From the NCBI GenBank assembly GCA_964270895.1, contig OZ185436.1: 64,000 bases of DNA. One strand, given 5' to 3'. Source of the stretch: Podarcis filfolensis (Eukaryota). Of the stretch, positions 1 to 10,445 are shown piece after piece. Each line of letters starts with the position of its first letter. Position 1 is the first letter of the stretch. Below the pieces are notes generated by a model. The model had not been told where the DNA came from. It worked only from the letters and a program-made list of their open reading frames with translations, and made no database searches. The translations under genes and the position numbers were made by a program.

Positions 1-371
1 TTGGCTGGATTATGGAGCAAATCCTTTATTCCAAGCTAATTCTAGTGCTCTGCGAACTCCCTGGCCCCAATAGTGGCCTCTCACCCTCTTGGCACATTGA
101 CACCAACCTAGATTCTGTCACCTGTTTGTACCTTCTAAGCAACACTCAAGCCAGCCTGTGCTTATGAAAGGCAGCGGGAAAACATTTGGTATCCACACAC
201 AAAATGGGCAACACAACTGCACACTCATTTCAATGTAGATTAATTGTCCAGAAAGGCTCTTTGCATGTACAGAAGCCCAATGACCTTGGATGCTTGAGCC
301 CAATGGTTGCCATTAATCTGATTGGAATTAATTTTATAATGAAATGATTTTAGAATGTTTTATCATTTTAC

Positions 372-445
372 TGTTGTTAGCCGCTCTGAGCCCGGCTTCG
401 GCTGGGGAGGGCGGGATATAAATAAAATTTATTATTATTATTATT
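372..445 (+). mobile_element. L2-type LINE/SINE 3' tail with (ATT)n
   Basis: tgttagccgctctgag...gggcgggatataaataaa followed by an ATT repeat. Confidence 0.6.
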
Positions 446-1579
446 AATGGAATAAAGTCAGAGAGAACACTAAATAGACTTTACCAAAAAGGAAATGAAA
501 GGAAAAAAGTAATAGTAATACTATAGAAGCTGAAATGCAAGGGTGTCATAAACTAGCTGACTTAAGAATCTGAAGAAGTGACAAACAAATCAGGACTGGT
601 TTCAGACCCTTTTTTCCAAACTCTCTCCAAAATAATACCTTCCATCATGATTGAATGAGGGCATGCGTCCAGAAAGCCCAGGCACAAAGACTGGCTCAAG
701 TTCCCACCAATCCAACCTTCTTCAGTTGCACATTATAACCGCCTCCCTTTTCTTGCCTCTGAAGGACTGAAAGGATGAAAATAGAACGTGGTCCTTGCTT
801 CCTGTTCATCGCTTCTGCATTTTCTAAAGACATGCAGTCCTTGCTGTTTTTATCTGCACAGTTCAACAATGCAATAAGAAACTACTGCGCTTTATGCAAT
901 GGTTATTTTTAGAAGACTGCTTGGTTTGGCTTAAGGCAGGTTTTGCACGTGGAGTAGAGGAGGGAAGGGTCTGTTTGCATCTTTATGTCTTTTGTTTGAG
1001 GGATGTTGTTGTTATTGTTGTTTTATCATTGTTGATTCCTTGGCCCCAGGAACAAACACGCTTTGCAAATCAGACTCAGAAGCAGTCAGGTGCCATCACC
1101 TCTCTGGCACCAAGGAGGAAGCAGTACAGTGGACTTCCTCTAAAGATGGAGCGAGAGAGAGCAGGGATGGCTTCACTCCATAATAGATTGCAAAGAGAGG
1201 AAGCAAATTTAAGGATGGTCACTCCATTAGGAGCCTCAGAATAGAACAGAACCAGGCCTCCAGTGTGGCCAATCAATAGAATTTGATAGTTTAAAAATAT
1301 CCTTACTATTTATATTACACTAGCAGCCTCGTACGTAGTACAGTACTGCTCAGGAATTCTAAGGAAACTCAGAAATCAGTGCAGTTTTGAAAACAGCAGT
1401 TAAAATTAGTGCAGTTTTGAAAGGTTCAGTCTGGCATCTTGATTCAAAAATGGCATCCAATTTTATCCAAAAATAGATGAGAACCTGCTCTTTGACCTCA
1501 GGAACTGTCATGCAAAATGTGGTTACAATATTTTCAGAGGGGGTCCAAATGTGCACAAACAACTTTCAAAGCTATATAG

Positions 1580-1914
1580 TAAAGGTAAAGGGACCCCTGA
1601 CCATTAGGTCAGGCGTGGACAACTCTGGGATTGCAGCACTCATCTCACTTTACTGGCCGAGGGAGCCAGCGTACAGCTTCCGGGTCATGTGGCCGGCATG
1701 ACTAAGCCGCTTTTGGCGAACCAGAGCAGCACACAGAAATACTGTTTACCTTCCCGTTGGAGCAGTACCTATTTATCTACTTGCACTTTGACGTGCTTTC
1801 AAACTGCTATGTTGGCAGGAGCAGGGACCGAGCAACGCGGGAATTCGAACCGCCAACCTTCTGATTGGCAAGCCCTAGGCTCTGTGGTTTAGGCCACAGC
1901 GCCACCCGTGTCCC
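1580..1914 (-). mobile_element. Sauria SINE, full length
   Basis: On the - strand: gggacacgggtggcgctgtgg head, GGTTCGAATTC B box and (ACCTTT)-type tail. Flanked by about 89-bp direct repeats. Confidence 0.9.
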
Positions 1915-2369
1915 TTTGACCTCAGGAACTGTCATGCAAAATGTGGTTCCAGTATCTTAAGAGGGGTCGAAATATGCACAAACAACTTTCCAAACTATAT
2001 AGCAGAGTTTACAAATTATTTTCCATCTTTATTGTGTTTCACATCAACGCTGTGAGGCAGACCACTGTTGCTAACATTTTATAGAAGGATAAATGAAACA
2101 AAGCAAATATCGGTGTCCAACACCACACAATAAGCCTTGTTGGAGGTGGGACTTTCACTGCCCATCGTCTTCTGTCTTGTTTCGTTACTCCTAGTTTCTT
2201 CTGCCAGACTTCAGCTCCCACTGCCAGCAGCTTGAAAACACAACTCATCCACATAAAATTCCAAGGATCCGTGAGTCCTTACGCAGCTCAGAATCACCAC
2301 CCTAGAGTTCATAGAAGATAGAAGCATCCTGAGAATTTGAATATAAGAGCCCTGCTGGATCAGGTTAAT

Positions 2370-2812
2370 GCTTCATGTAGTCCAGCACTGTGCTTTCTAC
2401 AGAGAGCCCCAGGTTCAGTCTTTGGCACCTTCAGATAGGACTGAGAGAGACTCTTGCCTGAAACCCCAGAGAGCTGTTGCTGGTCAGTGTAGACCAGGGA
2501 TAGGCAAACTAAGGCCAGGGGGCGGGATGTGGCCCAATCGCCTTCTCAATCCAGCCCGCGGACAGTCCAGGAATCAGTGTGTTTTTACATGAGTAGAATG
2601 TGTGCTTTTATTTGAAATGCATCTCTGGGTTATTTGTGGGGCATAGGAGTTCGTTCTCCCCCCAAAAAAATATAGTCCATCCCACCACATGGTCTGAGGG
2701 ACGGTGGGCCAGCCCACAGCTGAAAAAGGTTGCTGACCCCTGGTGTAGACAGTACTGAGCTAGATGGGTCAAGAGTCTGACTTAATATATAAGGCAGCTT
2801 CCTCTGGTTCCT
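2370..2812 (+). mobile_element. Squamate tRNA-headed SINE interrupted by a hAT MITE
   Basis: B-box-like ggttcagtc, body gcctgaaacccc...cagtgtagac[insert]agtactgagctagatgg...aaggcagcttcct. Confidence 0.65.
2495..2742. mobile_element. Non-autonomous hAT MITE
   Basis: CAGGG...CCCTG termini, perfect 8-bp TSD GTGTAGAC (2487-2494 and 2743-2750). Confidence 0.85.
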
Positions 2813-2814
2813 TA

Positions 2815-3070
2815 TGATATGAGAGCAATAGCCCTCTCCTGCTTGTAATCCCCAGCAACTGATATTCAGAAGCATAAATTATTCCAGTACTGGGGGTAGC
2901 AAACAGCCATAATGACTTGTAGCCATTGATAGCTCCATCCTCCACAAATTTCTCGAATCCTCTTTTAAATCTGTCCAAGTTTGTTGACATCCTCAAATCT
3001 CATAGAAGTGAATTCCATAGTTAAGCTATATACTGTGCGGATACTTTTTTTTTGTCTGTCCTGAATCTAC
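2815..3070 (-). mobile_element. CR1 LINE 3' fragment
   Basis: The - strand encodes ...TNLDRFKRGFEKFVEDGAINGY, a typical CR1 ORF2 C-terminus. Confidence 0.8.
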
Positions 3071-3194
3071 CATAGTTCAGCTTATTTTAGTGCCAAATGT
3101 GGCAACAAAATTGGACTGGCATTCTGGGCAAATTGTGTTTGAAAAGCAGGGGTCACAAAAATTATGGGGCAAGTGTATGATCGCGTGTGGACAA

Positions 3195-3512
3195 TCATCT
3201 CACTTTCAGGCTGAGGGAGCTGGCATTTGTCCACAGACAGCTTTCCAGGTCATGTGGCCAGCATAACTAAACCATTTCTGGCACAACGGGACACTGTGAA
3301 GAAAGCCAGAGCGCACGGAAACGGTGTTTACCTTCCTGCCACAGCGGTACCTATTTTTCTACTTGCACTGGTATGCTTTCAAACTGCTAGGTTGGTAGAA
3401 GCTGGGACAGAGCAACAGGAGCTCACTCCATCAGGCTGATTTGAACTGCCGATCTTCTGACCAGCAAGCCCAAGAGGCTCAGTGGTTTAGACCACAGCGC
3501 CACCCACGTTCC
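3195..3512 (-). mobile_element. Sauria SINE, older diverged copy
   Basis: Shares body motifs (ggtcatgtggccagcat, gtttaccttcc, ctacttgcac, ccacagcgccacc) with the 1580-1914 copy. Confidence 0.8.
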
Positions 3513-4179
3513 TGCTGAGTAACCACAACTAGGACACACACATTTGTGACTCAGAAAAGTAGCTTCCTAGCCTTAGGGCAGGGCAGGATTTCCTTGTAGG
3601 CTTGAGCTGTGTGTCACTCCTTTTAGAAATCAATCACATAGTGAAGGCTTATTATTTTCAATAAATATACTGCTGATTGAGCAAGTGTGTTTACTTTGAC
3701 CCACTTTCATGCATTTCTCATTTTCCAATAACAACTGAATTTATGTCCCAAAGCTGAGAAAAACTCCGTCCACCGTGGAGAGGAGTGTCTTGTAGAGTAG
3801 CAAAGCCCTTCCTTCCATCCTCTCTCTCCAGTAATCCAGTGGAACTGAATGGCAGTAAATACAGATGAATGGGAACCTGAAATACTTCCACACTACATAA
3901 TCCGCACTCATGTGGAACACATTTCCAGGACATGTTCTGATGACCACCATGAATTAAAAACAAAACAAAACTGGATTAGACAAAATTATGGAACACAGCT
4001 CTCAGTCTCTAAACTGAGCCTCTGTATTAAGGAATAGTATACCGCTCTCTAGTATACCTCGTATACCTTGCAAATCACAAAGACCGGTTATCTCTTCCCT
4101 GGCCTGTTTGTGAGCGTGTTGGGGAGAAGGCACGAACTGTGGGTCTTCTAAACATTCCACAGGGAAAGTCACCATCAGT

Positions 4180-5260
4180 TTGCCCTGCCCCGTGCCTAGC
4201 CGCTCAGTGTGGCTAGATGGCCGGTCGCTTTCCCCGTACAGCGCCTTGCACCTTCCTCTGATGCGCTGCAAATGCGACCTAAGCCTCTGCAGCAGTGGCC
4301 GGGAGAGCAGGCGACCCCCTTGCCCGGCTGGCCCCGCTCTCCTCCCGCATCTCCCTCTGGGCGGTCCCGCTCTTTCCCCCCCAGCAGACCCGACGGCTGG
4401 CTGGCTGGCGTCCTGCGCACCTTGGGGAGGGGTGGGGGAAGAGAGCGAGCGAGAGGACCCGCGTTATTTGCTGCAGCGGCAAGAGGAGGCAGCGACTCCT
4501 CAGCTCCATTCCTCCGGAGCAGCGCGTGGTGGAGACAGCGACTGCGCCGCCAGCTCGCCCCAGAGTCCTCCCAATCCGGGATCGGGGCACGCTTGCCTGA
4601 AGCCGCCAGACTAGCCGATCCGGACAGCCCTCGTCCTGCAACGCCTCTGCCGACTGCAGCCTCGCCGCTTGCAGGTAGGCGTCTTCCCCAAGCCCCAGCC
4701 GTGCACAGCAATGTTGCTGCGGCTGCAGCCTGTCTGCAGGCGGGATGCTCGGAGACGCGGGGTGAAAAGCGGGTCAGAGGCAGTGGCCCCGGCCACGCGT
4801 CTTCTTGCAGACAAAACAAGGCGACGGTGGGTGGGCGCCTCGGGACACCCTCGGGGCAGTAAAGAATCACTTCTATCTCGGAGTAAGGAACCTCCCGACG
4901 TGCTTCAGCCTTATACTCCCCTTGCAATCCGGGTGAATTAAATTGATTTCACTCCCGCGCCTTTTGTGATTGCAACACGGGGGAGGGGAGAGGGTTAATT
5001 GGTGTTTGCGGGTTGTGAGGATAGAAACGGGTGCAGCTTCTTCCGCGGTCATTATTCCGGAGTAGAAGGACGGGATATTTCCTCTTAGCCTCAGGAGACG
5101 TGAGGGATTTCAGGGAACAGAAAACGAGAAGCTCTTGTTTTTCTTGTCGTCGTTGGGTACCAGGCGTCTTGTTTTTAATTCTGCCGAGCTCCGGTTCAAC
5201 TTGTTCACATTTTGGGTAGCGGGACTGGGGGAAAGAACGGCGTCGCAGAGTCCACGGTTT
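4180..5260. promoter_or_regulatory. CpG island, probable promoter/first exon of an unassigned transcript
   Basis: Sharp rise in GC and CpG content, CCAAT near 4571, + strand donor CAG|GTAGGC at 4674/4675. Confidence 0.65.
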
Positions 5261-5889
5261 TCCTTTATGGTAATTGTAACCAAGGTTAGGAGGGCTGCTC
5301 ATGGGTGTAATAGTCCTTCAATAGGAAAACACACAGAGAGAAAGATTCGCTAGTATTTGTAACGTGTGAATGCTGTTGTGCAGTAGTTCCATCATTTGGC
5401 ATATAGAGTACTACTAAAGTGGAATCCAACTATTAATTGTATCTGCAGTTTTTAGTGAATTGATTAGCTTAACTGAGTAGACACCTCTTGATCAACCAAT
5501 TAATTAATTACTTTTTTTAAAAAAACACCTTGCTATTGTAAATTGAGGTCTGCACCTTTTTAAGCCTAGCTTTGTATTAGCTTTACCCCTCAAAACTCTC
5601 CTTTATTGCTCTTGTGGAAATGCACTAGGGTTGGATAAAAGAGGATGCTTCTGCAATTATGTGAATTGAGAAGAGAGGTTCTGGAGGGGTTGGGGCATAC
5701 GTAAAAATTAACTCTTTGGTGACCTGGCCCCTCCTTCAACACACTGGGTGCCTGCTGTCACTCCGATACCTAGCCACCTGAAGACAGACTCTTGGAATGT
5801 GCTCATTATTTGAACCATTTCGTTGAACAGCATAATCGCAAGATACAGATGGACAGGTGTCTCCCTGTTTTTAGTTGCAAAGAATAAGA

Positions 5890-6345
5890 GTAACAAGGAG
5901 AATTCTGCAATCCATATTTGGGTAGTACCTTTATTTGGCCAACCAAAATGCCAGAAAATAGTGTGCAAACTTTCAAGTTCTGCAGAATTTCTCATCAGGC
6001 TAGAAGATGGTAAGCAAAGCAAATTAGGGGAAGAGGAAGAAGAAATAGCTGTGGGTGAAGTGTCTTAAGCTAGATGCAAATCCATGGCTTCTTCTCCACC
6101 AGTCATTTTTCTCTCCCTTCTGTATTTATCATCAAGCCTGATTAGGAGTTCTGGAGAATTAAAGAGTTTGCATACTGTTCTGCCATACCTTGGTTGACCT
6201 AATAAAGGCATTGCCCTAATATGGATTGTGGAATTTTCTTTGTGGGATATCATGCTTTTTGTTAGAATCAGCACAATTTCATTTTATTGGATCAACTTCT
6301 GATCATGTCAATAGTGTGCAAGCTTTTCAAAGTAGCATTGAATTC
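5890..6345. repeat. Three degenerate copies (-,+,-) of a ~120-bp repeat with a hammerhead-like core (probable Penelope-type relic)
   Basis: 5896-6012 and the reverse complement of 6124-6241 are about 70% identical. A third partial copy lies at 6270-6345. Copy 1 reads CTGATGA-stem-GAAA on the - strand. Confidence 0.6.
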
Positions 6346-6911
6346 TTAATTCATTCTGCATATTACATATTCTTACACACAGTTGGTTCATTCACAGGGC
6401 AAGCCATTATTTGTCTACACAGAAGTATGTCCCTTTGAGTTATTTTCTATGTACCACACATGAATATTTACCAGTACATATATAGGAACAGAGTTGTGGT
6501 TTCCAGATGCATTGATACATACAATTTGAAAGGGTATGTACTGCAGTCACATTTTGTATAGTTTTGCTGAGTATACACATGTGAAGCTGTCTTGAGTGAG
6601 AATAAAATATCACACCCTTAAAAAAATACTGGGTTTTATGCTGGGATGAAGGCAGTTGAGAGTCAAGCCTGCTCCATAATCCTAAATATTTATGGAATTA
6701 TTCTGGTTACCCAATATGCAGGAAAGCCAGGGCTGTATTCTGATACTAAAAGTGGCTTCTGGAGTTGAGTCTCAGCTGAAGTTGAGCCCTGTCTTCTCCT
6801 TTCCAAAGCTGTGGATAGAACTCACTGAGGTCCAGTTAATTTTGTTTTGTTTTGTAAAAGGCTAGTGGTAATTTGTTCCCAATACACTCCATAAAGAGAA
6901 GAATTTTAGAC

Positions 6912-7352
6912 TCATAGGATTGTAGAGTTGAAAGGGACCCTGAGGATCATCTAGACCTAGTGCCGGATTTACGTATAAGCTAAACAAGCTATAGCTTAGG
7001 GCCCCACTCTCTTGGGGGGCCCCAAAAAATGTAAACAAAAAAACTGGATGTACATTTCCAAAATATAAGATAAATTCAACAATTACTTTGATAAAATACA
7101 TATTTTGTTATGTGCAAATGGCTTTAGGTCCATAAATTTCCATATAGCATATATTCAACACAAAAACCAGCGACAATTTGTTGTTGACAAAGGACAGTTG
7201 GAGATATAAAGGGCCCCGTTACCTTCAGTAGCTTAGGGCCTCATCAAACCTCAATCTGGCCCTGTCTAGACCAACCTTCTGCAATGCAGGAATATGCAAC
7301 TGTCCCATATGGAGATCGAACCTGCAACTCTGGCGTTATCAGCACCACCAAC
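6912..7352 (-). mobile_element. tRNA-head/CR1-tail SINE interrupted by a hAT element
   Basis: The - strand head has a GGTTCGATC B box and a CR1-like tail. Tail fragments recur near 19826, 46170 and 57778. Confidence 0.7.
6958..7264. mobile_element. Non-autonomous hAT element (internally deleted relative of 61475-61950)
   Basis: 8-bp TSD TCTAGACC (6950-6957 and 7265-7272); same sequence family as the 61475 copy. Confidence 0.85.
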
Positions 7353-10300
7353 TAAGAGTCTCATGCTATTATTCTTGAGATGTGTGTACTGGGTGATTTT
7401 ATACATAGCAGTTGCATTCTTCTGCTCTACAGACTAGAACTAATTATGGCAGGGAGGGGAGGACAGGAAGCTACTTTCTTTGGGGCCTGTCCCTAATCTG
7501 CTAGGATTGAGGCCACCAGTATTTTCCAGGCAGCTAGCCAGAGAATCACAAGGATAAAACAGAGTGAGGCCACCTGAAAGTCACCATTCAATGTCAGTCA
7601 ATTAACACCGGATGAGACCTTTATGCTGAAGGATTCACTAAGTGTTCAGGAGTCTAACGCAAAATTGGGCTGGGGTTTCTAGAACAGAGCTTGAGAAAGG
7701 CAGAGGCTTTGGGCCAATGGACACAATGTTGACATAGACCTGAAATAACTACCTTCAAACTGATGACCTGCTAAACAAAATAAATATTGCACATTATAGG
7801 TGTTGTTAATTTATATTTTACGGAGCGAGGCTCATTGGGCAGGCTCTGAGCAGGGAGATGAATGGGTACTATAAATACAATCTGCAAGGAATGAGCAAAG
7901 CTCTCTTTGAAGCTACCAAGTTCATCTGAGGTGGTTCCATACTAAAGCATTTTCTCTGAAATTGACATCACGCATTTTCATAGTTATTACACAGAATCCA
8001 GATGACGTTGCTGCCAGACTGTTGTGTTCCAGGATTTCTCCCATCTTCTCTGTGTTATTGTGCCCCCCCCCCCAGGTGCAGCCCATTCCTAACAAATTCC
8101 AATGCAATTTCAGCTCCCGACTTTCAAATGTGAACTTGCAAGATATTACGGTGTAAGATATTATGGATGAACCTTGTGGAAGCAGCAGTCAGTGATGAGA
8201 CAGCTGGTGAAACCTTCCTATGTTACTTGCCTTGCATACCCAGCAGAACCACCACCATTACAGTACTAGTCTTGCCCCCACAGAGCACTTTTGCAAAAGT
8301 TAACATTCCACAGTTATCTGCTTGGGAAAGAGAACAGATAATGTGATTTGTCCTCCTCCCACACTCCTCTCCCATCCCAGCCAAACAGCTTATCAGTGGT
8401 GTTTTTTGCTTAAACAGATATTAATCTGCCACCGTTTCATATTTTGCAATACAATTTCTTCCTCCCATTCCTTTTCCACAGCTTGCATTTGAGTTTTTCT
8501 TCAATTTTTTAAAGGGGTCTTTTTTTGTGCTAAAGTGCAAGTGCACTAATAAAACTTAAAACACAGTATTGAGAAAATGTTCACACTTTCTTGTTCAATT
8601 TTTGCTTGATTTTTCCAATGGTTGGTGCAGTGACACACTGCCCACTTTCGCCTTTGTTATGGGAATGGGCATTGCAGGATGAGGGGTGATATGGCGCTTG
8701 ATTATGAGTGCTGTGTGGAACCCTGAGGTGGATCTGCTTCCAGCTGGTCCGAAATGCTTCATTAACACTAATTAGCCTTTGTAGTGTAGCACTAAGAGTA
8801 TACGTAGCTTCTTTTATTTTGCCACCACAAAATAACATTAACTCGGTTCCAATGAGTTCCGGCTGAAGTCTGAGTGAAATGTTTTCTTATTAGAACTACA
8901 GATGAACCTTTCCAGATGAACAAGATTTTAAATTCTGCTTGATTGGCACTTTGTGGGGTTTTTTTAGGGCAGGGATGGGGTATGTGTTACCCTCTAGATA
9001 ATGTTGGACTCTAATTCCGATCAGTTCCAGCCAGCATGGCCAACAGTCAGGGATGATGGGAGTTGTAGTCCAACATTATCCGAAGGGCAATCCCTGCCTT
9101 AGGGGCTTGAAGGAATATGTGCAGAGTTTAATGCAACACTGTTTTGACTAGTTTTTTTCTGGGAATATGACCTTTGCATGTCAGGAATTCTCCCCCTTAA
9201 AAAAGAAAATGGAAAAATTGCACGCGTGCTCCCCACATTTGGACACAGGTGAGACTACACTGATGGAGCCACTCTGTTGGGGGAAATGTTGACTGTGTGA
9301 ACTGGGGCAATGGTTTATCTGATCTGCAAGCAAGGAGAAGAGAATACACCCTGCAGCCTCCAGCTATTTGGACAGGCCTGTTAGCATAACATAAAACGGG
9401 AACATTGATTCACTTGACCGTTTTGTGCAGAAGAAGATACAAAAAAGACACTTACCTGGAGAGTGGAGCTCTGTGTTCATTTTGTTTACTTATTAATATT
9501 CCTTATTATTTGTTTTGCATTACTGTGAGTTTTTGAAACTAACTAGCTAACTAACTAAATATAAACATTTTAAAAACCAAAAATGTTAAGTAAAACTGCA
9601 GAGCGAAGCAAAATCATATGAGTTTGAAGAATATTGGGTGATAACTAAGATTTGATATTGGATTCGGCTTACAAGCCTGAGAGAATAAAGTGAATTTAGT
9701 CCTAGAGACCATGTTACATAACGACTGGGCCATTTCTCTTTACCCTTCTATATAAATGTAATTTCCCCACCCCTCAGAAACCTGCAACATGCATGAGGGA
9801 AGACTTTACCTGTCCCAGACTAGAGGCATTAAGGAGCATAGCTCCATTGATTGGTCCCAAATTGATTTTGAGAGGAAGGTCTGCTGTCAAATTTCACTTG
9901 GCTACCTGCCTCCTAGGACCCAAGGTGACTCCCTCCTCTAGGGACCAGATGATTTAGTCCTGCATCTTGCTTCATATTGTTGCAAATGAGGCCGCATCAC
10001 TGAAATTAGACACAGCAAAGGAAAAGGAGGGGTGTCACCTTGCCCTGAAAGTACTTTCTGTGGTGAGATTTTGCCCTCTGGTACATTTTGCTCAAAGGCA
10101 CAGCAGTGAAGGCAGCCGTTTGCCTGGATCAAACGTATTTCACTCTCCATCATTTCCTTCTCTAATAGAAATCCAATATCTTCCCTTGCACTGCCGGGAT
10201 TCTTTGCACCCACAATTTACAATAAAAAATAAGGTCCTCAATTCTTATTGTTTAGAGGGGATTAAACCCCCCTCTTGGTGGCTACAATGCTGGGACTGTA

Positions 10301-10367
10301 GGAAGCACAAGAGAGATTTGAGGGAGGGGTCTGGAAGGTTTGTTTTTGAAGCCAAATCTGAAGGACA

Positions 10368-10445
10368 ACAACAACAACAACAACTTTTTATTTATACCCC
10401 GCACATCTGGCTGGGTTGCCCCAGCAACTCTGGCCAGCTTACTAA
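10368..10445 (-). mobile_element. L2 LINE 3' tail fragment
   Basis: tttatttataccccgcacatctggctgggttgccccagc is the reverse complement of the tail of the 18512 copy. Confidence 0.7.

Noticed and set aside
1050-1244. Possible terminal exon on the + strand after ccttggccccag
   Set aside because: The T-rich tract is a (TTG)n-like repeat, neither open frame resembles a known protein, and no polyA signal follows.
4180-4941. Overlapping long ORFs (243, 217, 144, 120 aa) on both strands
   Set aside because: Stop-poor CpG-island sequence; no recognisable domain and low-complexity R/A/P/G composition.
9456-9480. - strand mini-exon ATG...MNTELHSP ending at a perfect CAG|GTAAGT donor
   Set aside because: About 0.5 such 9-mers are expected by chance in 128 kb of two-strand sequence; no matching downstream exon or known N-terminus found.
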